Origin: Neodothiora populina
Lineage: Eukaryota
Assembly: GCF_041146345.1 (NCBI RefSeq)
Contig: NW_027191409.1
Span: 248,001-312,000, forward strand
DNA length: 64,000 nt
Reading direction: 5' to 3'
Part shown: one piece after another, positions 1-11,005 of the stretch
How positions within the stretch are numbered: the stretch's first letter is position 1
How the letters are laid out: every line of letters starts with the position of its first letter
The notes under the pieces: model-generated
What the model saw: the letters and a program-made list of their open reading frames with translations, nothing else
What the model was told of the DNA's origin: nothing
The model's database searches: none
Translations under genes and position numbers: made by a program

Positions 1-443
1 AAATTACCAGAAGTAGAAAAGTTCGAATGGATGGCGCCATCGCCATACTTGAACTTGCCATTGGAAGAGTCCGAGGCCAGTCCGATCCAGTTCTTCGCTT
101 CCGAAAACGCGAGACCTAGTGCACCGACACCTGTAGCAGAGTACTTGATCGTGGCTATCCCTCCGACTTCTTTGCCAAAGTCATACACGAAAGCAGACGC
201 ATTCCCTTGCAGATGTCCTGGTCCTGGGTAAGATGAGATGACGGAAGCATTTGCCAAAGCCAGGATGGAAGCTGGAGCGACGATTCGTGAATCAGGCGAG
301 TAGATGTTGGCTTCCCATTCACCAGGGAAGGCAGCCTCAGCAGGACCTGAACATGTAATGTTCTGCCAACATGATTGAGCCAAGGCAGGTCTGAAGGAAG
401 CAGCGAGGAAGAGAGACAGACAAGATTGGAGCGATAACATCAT
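1..443 (-). CDS. Secreted alpha-L-rhamnosidase (GH78), 5' part; runs off the window start
   Basis: Hand translation of the minus strand from ATG 443 gives MMLSLQSCLSLFLAASFRPALAQSCWQNITCSGPAEAAFPGEWEANIYSPDSR...YDFGKEVGGIAT...LGLAFSEAKNWIGLASDSSNG. It has a signal peptide and motifs typical of fungal RhaA-type GH78 N-termini. Not in the ORF track. Confidence 0.75.
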   Translation of the reverse strand, partial: MMLSLQSCLSLFLAASFRPALAQSCWQNITCSGPAEAAFPGEWEANIYSPDSRIVAPASILALANASVISSYPGPGHLQGNASAFVYDFGKEVGGIATIKYSATGVGALGLAFSEAKNWIGLASDSSNGKFKYGDGAIHSNFSTSGN

Positions 444-1266
444 TGCACGTCCTATAGTAAGGTCTACAACTCGATAGACCCAAGAATCAACCTACCTAAC
501 GTGTCATTCACCTGCAATGACAATGAACCTACCTTTATATAGACATTTATATATTGCAACGCGCAACAAACAAGAAGTCTCGTGTTATATTGCACCGAGG
601 ACCCCTCGGACAGCATACGCGAGCGGAAAAATCGAGGACCACTGGTTTGAGGTGCCGCGAGCCTGCATTGCAGATCTGGAGGAAAGCGGGGAAATAGTAG
701 CGTCGAAAGGATCCAGTAGAACCATGACATCTGTAGATCTATTGCGGAGTCCTGTACCTGGCATGTTGAGCAATGACTTGGCATTTTGCTCATGGTCAAG
801 TTCATCAGAAGTGTATACTTGTAGCAGTTGTGTGTGAAGTCTGAGACGAAAGACGGAAGGTATGAGAGCTATAGGGTGACCAGCTGGTGGCGATGGTCCG
901 AGGAAGCTCCTTATTGCAGCGACTGGATGCGTTGGCTACAGGTACATGTCCAGTCCATGTGCTTCCAAGCAGTATCACACATGCATGTCTAAGCGAGCAA
1001 TTGGCCCATACAAGGTGCTGTCTGTATTGATAGTGACGGGACCGCAAGGATAAATCGGAGGTGAGGGTCTCCTCTTCGGGAGATACTTGTACAGGCCGAC
1101 GTCAGGGAACAAAAACATGGGGATCAAGGCTTGGCGAGTTTGCAGCGTCCGACTTCAACTGCTGCACTCGTCCCAGAAAGTTGATCAGGTAATTGATTGA
1201 TCATTGATCATTTATCTGTTCATCATACCCACACAACAATCCCTTCCTTGACACCATCTCGACATC

Positions 1267-2631
1267 ATGGCGGACATACAAACCCTGCCTGTAGAGGACG
1301 CAACACCAACAACGCCAGCGTCGCCCTCAACTGGCGTGCAACTACCTCCCGAAAGCGCCACCACAGACGACAATGCGCTCACAGTCATCGAAGCCGACAA
1401 CACCATGATGACGACAACAGAAAGCGGCAAGAAGAAGATCAAGAAGATCATCAAGAAGAAGCGCAGACCAGCACGACCCCAAGTCGACCCGTCGACGTTC
1501 AAGACCGAGCCGCCGCCGCAAACGGGCACCATCTTCAACATCTGGTACAACAAATGGTCAGGCGGCGACAGAGAAGATGCCTACATGTCCAAGCACCAGG
1601 CCAAGGGCCGCTGTAACGTTGCCCTGGACTCGGGATACACCAAAGCCGACAAAGTCGCCGGATCGTATTTCTGCCTCTTCTTCGCGCGGGGACTGTGTCC
1701 CAAGGGCCAGGACTGCGAGTATCTGCACCGACTACCGAACGCGCGCGTGGAAAGGGAGGGCGGACTGGGCGATATCTTCCCCAGCAATGTCGACTGCTTC
1801 GGTCGGGACAAATTCAGCGATTACAGGGATGACATGGGTGGTGTGGGCAGCTTCATGAGAGTCAACAGGACGCTGTACATTGGACGCATTCACGTGACGG
1901 ACGACATTGAGGAGGTTGTCGCCAGACATTTCCAGGAGTGGGGACAAGTTGAGCGCAGTAAGTTTTGCATTTTCCCCCGGTCTCCCAACATCGCAGAGCG
2001 CCTTACTGACAGTCTGCCTCCGACAGTACGTGTATTGCCCTCGCGAGGAGTGGCATTCGTGACCTACGTGCACCTAGCCAACGCCGAATTCGCCAAAGAA
2101 GCCATGGCGCACCAATCTCTCGACTCGGACGAAACTCTCAACGTGCGCTGGGCAACCGTCGACCCGAACCCAGCAGCCCAGAAGCGCGAAGTGCGAAAGA
2201 TCGAAGAACAGGCCGCCGAAGCCATCCGTCGCGCGCTGCCGGCGGACTATGTCGCCGAGATCGAGGGCCGCGGATCAGGCTGGGAAGACGCGAGGAAGAG
2301 ACGCAAGATCGAAGGCAGTTTCGGACTCAAGGGGTATGATGCGCCTGACGAAGTGTGGTACGCGGCGGAGAAGTCGAGGCTGGAGGCGCCGGAGCAGCAA
2401 CATCTTCTGGAAGCAGGAGATCTGCATGGAGAGGAAGAAGACGACGATGCGCCTCTGCGGATAGAAGACTTGAAAAGACCTGCAGACAGCGCTTCTGGCG
2501 GTGGCGGCATCCTATCCGGCGTCACACTGAGCGCGCTGAAAGGCTATACTGCAGACAGTTCCGCGAAAAAGGCTCCAGATAAGCCCGCTGGTCCTTTGGT
2601 CGGATACGGAAGCGACGAGGACAGCGATTGA
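1267..2631 (+). CDS. CWC2: Pre-mRNA splicing factor Cwc2 (Torus/CCCH zinc finger + RRM); intron 1958-2026
   Basis: Motifs FNIWYNKWSGGD, YFCLFFARGLCPKGQDCEYLH, DCFGRDKFSDYRDDMGGVGSF and RRM TLYIGRI...AFVTY. GTAAGT...TACTGAC...CAG intron. Confidence 0.95.
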   Translation: MADIQTLPVEDATPTTPASPSTGVQLPPESATTDDNALTVIEADNTMMTTTESGKKKIKKIIKKKRRPARPQVDPSTFKTEPPPQTGTIFNIWYNKWSGGDREDAYMSKHQAKGRCNVALDSGYTKADKVAGSYFCLFFARGLCPKGQDCEYLHRLPNARVEREGGLGDIFPSNVDCFGRDKFSDYRDDMGGVGSFMRVNRTLYIGRIHVTDDIEEVVARHFQEWGQVERSKFCIFPRSPNIAERLTDSLPPTVRVLPSRGVAFVTYVHLANAEFAKEAMAHQSLDSDETLNVRWATVDPNPAAQKREVRKIEEQAAEAIRRALPADYVAEIEGRGSGWEDARKRRKIEGSFGLKGYDAPDEVWYAAEKSRLEAPEQQHLLEAGDLHGEEEDDDAPLRIEDLKRPADSASGGGGILSGVTLSALKGYTADSSAKKAPDKPAGPLVGYGSDEDSD

Positions 2632-2768
2632 AGAAGAAGATGAAGAAAAGTAGGACACAAGGGAAAGAGCCGACCTTCTTTGAAACACTTTTATGATACC
2701 ACAAAAACTTCTGCATCAAGGGTGTTGACCTTGCTATGTACGTTCATTACATCTTCCTCACACATTTT

Positions 2769-4071
2769 TCATCCCACATGTTCGTTCAAGAAGACTTTGA
2801 TATCCGCCAGCGCCTTCTCAGTCTGATCGCACGCGCCTGGCGGGAAAAAGACCTGCTCACCGAGTAAGAACACATCACCAAACACAGAAAAAGAAAACAA
2901 AGACTCACAAAGCCATGAGGAGCCCCAGGATAGAACTTCGTGATCGACTCGGCGCCACTCAGAGCCCACTTCGCACCCATGAATATCGTGTCGTCGTAGA
3001 GACAGTCCCTGGTCCCGCAGGTGAATAATGCCGGGGGCAGATTGAGGCTGCTCATATCTTTGTACAGAGGCGAGATAGAGGGGGCGCGTCTTTCTTCTTC
3101 TGTTTTGCCTGGGAGGTAGGCTTCCAGGTATCTGATGCTGCGTAAGTATCGCACATCCCTCAGGTAGTGATTGAGGAATCGACAGAGGATTGGGAAAACA
3201 CATACCTGGCCATGATCGCCCGATCGAGAATCAAAGGCTGATCGAAATGGTACACCTGCGGCGTCCAACCACCGAGCTGAAAGGCTCCGAAATTCAACAC
3301 CAGTCCCTTGAACGCAAACTCAGGACGTGTGTCTATCAGATGAAAAGCAGTCAGTGCGGAAAGATGAGCTCCGGCAGAGTCTCCGCCCATGAACATGAGT
3401 CTAGCACCGAATCGTTCCTCGCCCGAGTCGACTAGATACTCTGCGGCGTCGAAGCAGTCTTCGTTGCCTGCTGGGAAGGGGTGTTCCGGGGCGAGTCGAT
3501 ACCCGATGGATATGACGGTCAGGTCGCACTCGTCGGCCATGTAGGCTAACATCGTGTCTTGGTATGCCTCGGACTGGAGCACCCAGCCTCCGCCGTGGAT
3601 GTGCATGAAGAGACCCTTGGACTTGTTGCCGTTTCGAGGCTCAAAGACACGAGCTGTCAGAGACCGGTCTTTATCACGGCTTGGGAAGGTCATGTCCTTG
3701 CCGTGGGCGAGGACCGTTGGCCGTGGCATGGGGGTTTCTCCGTTCCAGCGCATTTGACGATACTTTTCTGCGCCGACCTGGATCATGGGCGATGTACGTC
3801 AGTCTACCACGACTGTGAGGAATACTAAGATGAACGGGGTATGGCAATGCCAGATCAGAGCAATGTGGCAATGTGGCATGGTTCCATGGTCCTGGTAAAG
3901 GATGCATTTTGCAACTACATATAACCACAGCACAGGCAATCTCACCTCATACCATGCCGGCCCATTCTGCATAGCATCCATGAGTTTCTGGTTGAAGTCC
4001 TTGGTCTTTTGGAAAACGGCCGACGGCGCAAACTTGGTCCGGTCTATTTGCAAGTCTGACTGGAGAGGCAT
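2769..4071 (-). CDS. HSL-family alpha/beta hydrolase (esterase/lipase), 4 exons
   Basis: HIHGGGW oxyanion motif, YRLAPEHPFPA, GDSAG nucleophile elbow, D of GTRDCLYDD and H of HGF. Exons are joined by GT-AG introns (first about 3945-3778). Confidence 0.9.
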
Positions 4072-4648
4072 TTGGGTAATTAGTGCTTCCGAAGAGGGGT
4101 CTAAGATGTTCGTAGAAATCTATCAGCCTTGTGACTTGGAAAATCACGATATAATAGCAACAATGAAGTTGGCGAATCTAATTGTTATCGAAACCTCGTG
4201 CGGGGATGACGATCATAGATGGAGATTACGGTTGTGAGATAGGGTCACACATGTGGTGCGGAGATGCCGAAAGGCTCCAGTCTGGTCATGGCTGAGTATG
4301 GCTCCCATGTCCCGCTACCATTGCCATCATAGATAGGTCTCCACACGTCGGTTCAACACTGACTATGACCTACAATGCCTCTAAACCTTGTGACGTGCCG
4401 AGGTCAGGAACGTGAATACCAGGCAAAGAGGTAAAGTACAGTAGGTGAGGTAATGAAGTCAACAAGGAGATAGGACGGACTTAACTGCTCCCCGCAAAGT
4501 CGGAGTTGCCAAGCTCAGGGTCCTGGTCCCGGCGGCTCAGAAAAAATCCGGCCTCAGATCTGAGATTTGCGACCAGAAGAAAGTTGTGTTTAGAAATTAT
4601 TTCATCCCAATCTACTTTGACATTGATACACTCGCCACTTATATCAAA

Positions 4649-6859
4649 ATGGCGCCCAGCAGACGTATGCAAAAGCAGGGTGTTCCCGAACCCCTGAACG
4701 AGTCTCTCGTCACCAAGAAGAGAAAGGACTACGAGCCGGCCCCAGTGGTAGAGAGAAGCAAAAAGAGACGAACCGACGCAAAGGGCGCCACCAAGCAGAA
4801 TGGTGTCAAGAACGGAGCCAAGAACTCTGCGGCTGGAAAATCCACCAAGGGATCGTTTGTGCCCAATGGAACGACACAGAAGGGCAGAGGCAAGAAGGCA
4901 CAGCAGGTGATTGAGAGTGATGCAGACGAAGATATGGATGGTTCAGACCTCGAGGACGAGCATGTCTCACTATCAGAGGGCATTGGCGGCATCGACGATG
5001 CCCTTGACTCTGACGAGGAGCTCTCCGCTGAAGACGATGACTTCCTGGACTCGGACGACCCGGATGTACAGAAGGCAATGTGGTCCGAAGACGAAGACGC
5101 CTCGGATGCTGAAGAAATCCTGACTGCTGCGAACATCGCTGGTCTTTCTGGTCAGCTTGACGCAAAGGCAGAGGAAGAAGCGGCAGAGGCACAGGCCGAA
5201 CTCGACGACGACGCAATGCAAACCAACATTGCTGCAGACATTCCCAGCGACGACGAGGAGGCTGCCGCTCGTGCTGCCACGTTAGCACCCGATCTCCAAA
5301 TGCTCCGCACTCGCATCACCGAAACCACCCGTGTTCTGTCCTCATTCAAAGAGCTTGCCGATCCTAACAAATCTCGCGCCGAATACACGAATCAGATCCT
5401 TACCGACATCTGCGTATACTACGGCTACTCGCGATTCCTTGCAGAGAAGCTCTGGAACCTCTTCTCGCCGCAAGAGGCCCTCGCATTCTTCGATGCCAAC
5501 GAGACCCCCAGACCGCTGGTCATCAGAACCAACACCCTTCGCACTCATCGTCGTGAGCTTGCACACTCCTTGATCAACCGCGGTGTCACACTAGAACCGG
5601 TCGGCAAGTGGAGCAAGGTCGGTCTTCAGGTCTTCGAGTCACAGGTGCCGCTGGGTGCTACTCCTGAATATCTTGCTGGTCACTACATCCTCCAGGCCGC
5701 AAGTTCTTTCCTTCCCGTCATGGCCCTGGCTCCGCAAGAGAACGAGCGCGTGCTGGACATGGCAGCCGCTCCCGGTGGTAAAACAACTTACGCTGCAGCA
5801 CTTATGCGCAACACTGGTGTGGTCTTCGCCAACGATGCCAGCAAGGTCCGTGCCAAGGGTCTGATTGGTAACATCCACCGTCTGGGTGTCAAAAACACCA
5901 TCGTCTGCCACTATTCTGCACTTGAATTCCCCAAGGTCATGGGTGGGTTTGACAGAGTTCTCCTCGATGCTCCTTGCTCAGGAACCGGTGTCATCGCAAA
6001 GGATTCCAGTGTCAAGACGAACAAAACCGAGGCTGATTTCCTCCGACTCCCTCATCTTCAAAAGCAGTTGCTGTTAGCAGCTATTGATTCAGTCGATCAC
6101 GCATCCAAGACTGGTGGCTACATTGTCTACTCAACTTGCAGTGTCACCGTGGAGGAGAATGAGCAGGTCGTTCAATACGCTCTGAACAAGCGACCCAACG
6201 TCAAGCTTGTCAGCACTGGTCTGGTCTTCGGAAAGGAGGGTTTCACCAGCTTCATGGGCAAGCAATTCCACCCCAGTCTGAAGGAGACGAGGAGATACTA
6301 CCCACACGCCTACAACGTCGACGGCTTCTACGTTGCCAAATTCAAGAAGGTCGGACCTACTCCAGCCAACACTATCAAGGCCCAAGGCCAAGGCAGCTCC
6401 AAGGTTGACAAGACCATTGCTGATGGTGAAGACGAGGTCGTGGATAAGACACCTATCAAGGATGATGATGAGGAGTCCGAAGATGACTTTGGAGGCTTTG
6501 ATGAGGAAGAAGACGAAGCTATCATTGAAAGAGCAAAGAAGAACCAAATCAAGAGGAAGGGTCTTGATCCGCGCGCTGATAAGACCAAAGTCAGTGCTAG
6601 TCAGAAAGGAGAGGAGCAGAAGAAGAAGGCTGCTTCCAATGGCGATAACAGCTCCAAAGTCGCCGAGAAGAAAAGCCCTAAGTCAGACAAGACCAAGGCT
6701 GTCAAGGATCCCAAAGTATCAGAGAAGCCCGTTAAAGATGGAGTAAGTGAGGTTGGTGGCCATGCTACAGGCACTTCGACAGATCTCCAGTCCCGAAAGG
6801 AGAAGAGAAAGCTGAACACCGCTGGCAAGAAAGCCAAGGCAAGTCAGAAGAGCAAGTAA
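4649..6859 (+). CDS. NOP2: 25S rRNA m5C methyltransferase Nop2
   Basis: Motifs VLDMAAAPGGKT, FDRVLLDAPCSGTG, YSTCS and DGFYVAK. Acidic N-terminus and Lys-rich C-terminus. Start taken as the ATG at 4649 (MAPSRR). Confidence 0.96.
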   Translation: MAPSRRMQKQGVPEPLNESLVTKKRKDYEPAPVVERSKKRRTDAKGATKQNGVKNGAKNSAAGKSTKGSFVPNGTTQKGRGKKAQQVIESDADEDMDGSDLEDEHVSLSEGIGGIDDALDSDEELSAEDDDFLDSDDPDVQKAMWSEDEDASDAEEILTAANIAGLSGQLDAKAEEEAAEAQAELDDDAMQTNIAADIPSDDEEAAARAATLAPDLQMLRTRITETTRVLSSFKELADPNKSRAEYTNQILTDICVYYGYSRFLAEKLWNLFSPQEALAFFDANETPRPLVIRTNTLRTHRRELAHSLINRGVTLEPVGKWSKVGLQVFESQVPLGATPEYLAGHYILQAASSFLPVMALAPQENERVLDMAAAPGGKTTYAAALMRNTGVVFANDASKVRAKGLIGNIHRLGVKNTIVCHYSALEFPKVMGGFDRVLLDAPCSGTGVIAKDSSVKTNKTEADFLRLPHLQKQLLLAAIDSVDHASKTGGYIVYSTCSVTVEENEQVVQYALNKRPNVKLVSTGLVFGKEGFTSFMGKQFHPSLKETRRYYPHAYNVDGFYVAKFKKVGPTPANTIKAQGQGSSKVDKTIADGEDEVVDKTPIKDDDEESEDDFGGFDEEEDEAIIERAKKNQIKRKGLDPRADKTKVSASQKGEEQKKKAASNGDNSSKVAEKKSPKSDKTKAVKDPKVSEKPVKDGVSEVGGHATGTSTDLQSRKEKRKLNTAGKKAKASQKSK

Positions 6860-7242
6860 GGAATAATATAGAGCGCAGTTGTGGAGTCACGCCCTTTAAT
6901 CCCAAATTATTGATTCACGTTGAGGAGCAGTTGCTCCTTCCTCTTTTACCCTCAGAACCTTTTTCTCGCCACATCTCTTATACATGAGCAGACTGCGCGT
7001 CTTAGCATTAATATATCCCCCCATCTTACTAACGATAAGACACATCAACCTGTCGCATTGCTTCACTTTCACCTCTATCCTCGTCTGTTCCTGTCTTCGC
7101 ATACAGAGCACCTGCCGGTGAAAGGTTCGTTGGTAAATTGCTCACTTCGTAAGATCTTCCTCCAAGTTTTCCTAGACTCTTTGACCAAACAACAAACCAA
7201 ACATCCTACTCTTTGATCAACATCAAGCTTTCCTTGTTCACC

Positions 7243-7870
7243 ATGTCTACCTCCAGACGCAGTAAGCCGACAGCCGACAAAGCGGTTACATTTCTCATTT
7301 GTTGCATTCGCCATACCGACGGCGGCAAGGTTAGTCATAATTTGAGCAGCAACATAAGGTAAGTAGCACCAAACTCACATTTCCTAGGTTCAGTGGGCCA
7401 GCGTAGCCGCCGAGACTGGAGTGACTAGCAACGCTGTGTAAGCTCACTCTCCTTCACTCAACGTACCCATTTTACTTCTAGACCTTGCACATCGTCTATA
7501 TGGTACATGCTGACATTATTCGACAAGCTACAAACGCTACAAGAAACTCATCGAATCGTATGATGTTTCAACTGCTGTCACTGGTAATGCTGGGGGCAGT
7601 CGTGATCCCCCAGTACCTGCATCGAAAGCGAAAGGAATCAGCAAAGGAAAGGGCAAGAAAGTCGCAAACAAGGGGAAAGGAAGCGCAAGAGGCGCTGCTG
7701 GAGCAGAACAGGAAGCAAAGGCAGCGCAGGACGATGAAAAGGGAGAAGACCACGATCAAGCCGAAGACAAGAAGGACCTGAAGGTCGAGACTGCCATGGT
7801 TAAGGGTGAGCCCTCCATGGTGAAGGACGAGTATTTCCCGGACGATTATGGTTCTGGAGAGCATGCTTGA
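7243..7870 (+). CDS. Small fungal Myb/SANT-like domain protein (triad gene A), exons 7243-7329, 7388-7437, 7528-7870, about 159 aa
   Basis: Spliced product MSTSRRSKPTADKAVTFLICCIRHTDGGK|VQWASVAAETGVTSNAV|YKRYKKLIESY followed by a K/G-rich then acidic tail. Donors GTTAGT and GTAAGC, branch GCTGAC, acceptors TAG and AAG keep the frame open. Missed by the ORF track. Confidence 0.75.
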
Positions 7871-8696
7871 ACTCAGCCAGTCAACAGTGGTTTTCCATCA
7901 GCAGAACTCGCCTATTGACTCAACCTCAGCAACTCGCAATATACAGATACTGATCATTTGCGTCTGTCATACACCTGGCTGCTTCATTTATCGGCAAACC
8001 AACAAGCCAATTGCAGGAGGCATGGCCTCGGTCTATATCGCCGACGTCTCCAAGCAGAGGCATTAGGCCGATTTACTTGTTTCGATAGTACTTGCACTAG
8101 CCAAGAGGATAATTGATCACAATCATCCAATCCTTCCAGATCATATCGTGGTTTCTAGTGGTGGTGAACTGCAGATTAGATCTATGCCATGCGTACCCCT
8201 GAAGCGTCCGAACTTGGTATAGCGCAAGATCGCCGAATAGTCCTTGTGCGTAACAGCTTCAACCACACTTCTATTCATTTACCCAACACACTGATGTCCA
8301 TGAGCCATGACAGAGAGACAAGTGTGCTCCACCAGTATTCTATGATATCATGTACGGCGTCATCGTGCCGGTTAGGATTGTAATACAGCAGTAAGTTGGG
8401 TTCGCCTGTGAGTGACTGACATTGGCATGGCACCATGACATAGAGAGAAATAATAATCTTGATCATTTTGGTGCAGCTCAGACGTATCTAAGGTAGTCTT
8501 GTAAGGTGTTTTCTGTTCCCACGTATCTAAATTCGCTTTCACTATTGCTTGAATTCACTCGCTCAATTTCACTTGCAATTTCATACATTTCAAGTACAAC
8601 TACCCTTCTACTGCTTGGTCCTACGACGTCTACAGATTTACTTGACATCGAGAAAAGCCGATCGCACTGATTTGGTCCTACAAATCAACCGCAACA

Positions 8697-9212
8697 ATGC
8701 CTATAAGTTGGACGGGTGTGTTCGCATGACGTCGCATCCGAGAGATCCATCATCACTGACCCATCGCGTAGCCCAGGCCGATCGCGCGATGTTCCTTGCC
8801 ATCCTGGACGACCAAGCAGTGAAAATTGACTTTGATGCCGTCGCCGAGGGCATGGTCGCCGCTGGATTCACATGCACCCCTCGTGCTGTCCAGCAACATA
8901 TCGCGAGGTTGAAGAAGACCGCTCAAGACGGCAAGGGGCAAGTTTGCCACATCACTCCAACCACTGATCAGGGGCTGACTTTTCTCCAGTGCATCATACG
9001 ATGAAGACGATGATGGTGATAAGCAGACCACCAAGCCGAAGGCTAGAGGTCGACCTCGCAAGAAGCAACAGACGAGGAAGACCGAGCGTCCGGACGGTTC
9101 TGAGAATGACACCTCAAGGCCTCTTAAGAAGGCTCGCCTCGCTCATGCTCAGGAACAATCCGATGATGCTACCGAAGATCAATCCATCAACGATGCCAAG
9201 CATTCCGTATGA
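8697..9212 (+). CDS. Small Myb/SANT-like + AT-hook protein (triad gene B), exons 8697-8715, 8772-8937, 8990-9212
   Basis: MPISWTAQADRAMFLAILDDQAVKIDFDAVAEGMVAAGFTCTPRAVQQHIARLKKTAQDGKG|ASYDEDDD...KPKARGRPRKK (AT-hook RGRP). Intron 1 is GT-AG with CACTGAC; intron 2 is GC-AG with GCTGAC. A further 3' exon cannot be excluded. Confidence 0.75.
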
Positions 9213-11005
9213 GTATCCACGCTCATCTTCACCAACTCTGTCATGAACCGACAACCTTCGGCCAATTAAGTCAGGTAGTTCCCATCGAAGACCTTGGAAA
9301 GACCATGGCTTCAGTCCTTATGGCAGGCGTATGATCTAGCGGAGGAAGGTGAGGAACATCATAATTCTATGGCCCATCATTATTTGTGCCTTATCCAACA
9401 TGAGGTGCATTAATCGGACTCAGATATATTGAACATCAACAGTGTCCACCTTTCCATTTTCTGCTATCATCCTCTTTACTTGCTTCCAATACTCGTAATT
9501 CAAGACTTGTAGTACTCAAGAGCTAGGATAATAGATGGGACCAGGAACCCAACGGGCTCATCAGTCCCCGGACTGATCTGGACAGGGTATAACGTATGTA
9601 TCTAATGACCACTTTTCCCTCTTCGCTGTCCCAATCGTGCCATCACGATATCGCCAGTATGGACGCCACATTGAGCAGCCCGCTATCTTGAAAAGAGAAT
9701 GCCTCTCAAAAGATGGGGCAGCCCTTGTTGTTTCGGAAGAGAATCCTCTGCCCTAATATTCCCGACCGTAAGACGAATATCTCGAGTAAACACTTTGTTG
9801 CTATAGATTACTTAGGACGTCTCACGCCTGACTGCCAGCTGATACTCTCGCAACGCCTTACTTATGTTGACAGAACACATGATCTAAATCTCGTATTCAA
9901 TGTAGGCAGACCTGCTCTGTATTGCGGACGTATGCTAAATTTCTTGCAGTAGAATCAGACTCAGCCGGCATTCCTCCAGGATGAAAGAGAACTCCTTGAA
10001 TGAATCGTCGAAGCGAATCTTCACGTTTCTCTACAAGCCTTCGACCAGCGACAACAATAGGTATTCGCTTACATATTGTCACATTGCTGTGCCGCTATCG
10101 AGTTTGGCCAAATTGGACCCTGCCTCTTGAACGATTCGCGCATCAGGTAATGCCTACCGGTATAGGCGTCCGAACGCATCTCCAATGGAGAAACAATAGG
10201 GGCGTATCCCTTTACCATGGTACCACACCATCTCTCGGAGGGAGACCCATTACCGTCCTATGAATACAGATCTATGGCTCTATTCCGCATTCGGGCGTAT
10301 GTCGTTTCAGAGTCTTTCTGCCTGATTCGGTTCACTGCTATCTTACATTACTCGACCCACATGACCCCCATCTTGTATATCAAATCGAGTCGACAATGAC
10401 ATGTGACCTTTACTAATTCACCATCTTTTATACTAACTCCTTTCACTTGAGGGCCCATAGTACACCATCGCAGCGCTGCCTAAGCTGTTGGTCCTCTCTC
10501 ATAGACCTTGGGTGCCAGCATTCATTATTCAATCCTCATTCTCGACTCACCTCGGTTTGGATTCCGCATTGTTCTTCTCCTGTGGTCCAGTAGAGGATCT
10601 GATCACCATTCATAAACTCACCTCCTTCTTCTTCCTTTTGTTGATTGACGACCATCTCATACAACTGGGGTTATCCGAAGTCCACCTTCTAGGTAGCCTT
10701 CATTACTCTTTCGTCTTGCTCAAAGCAATACAGTTGTGTAAGTGTGATCTCTACTCACCTCGATGCAAGTCTGTACTAACATTTGATCATAGATCTTGGT
10801 TGAAGGTACCTTTCAAGACTCGCTTTCTTCTCATTCAGCCTTTAGAAGTCTGACAGTCCTCTACAAGCTCGCTCAAGTTACTGTATGTTACTCCGTATGG
10901 AACTCGACTCGAGACTTTGCTAACGGTGATCTTATTCACAGATCAAGAAATCTGACCAATACAAGGCACGATTTGATCGACTCCTTCACAGAAGATTGGC
11001 TCAAA

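Noticed and set aside
7359..7387. Strong internal GTAAGT inside intron 1 of triad gene A (possible nested or twin intron)
   Set aside because: Only 29 nt to the acceptor, too short for a fungal intron, and an in-frame stop precedes it.
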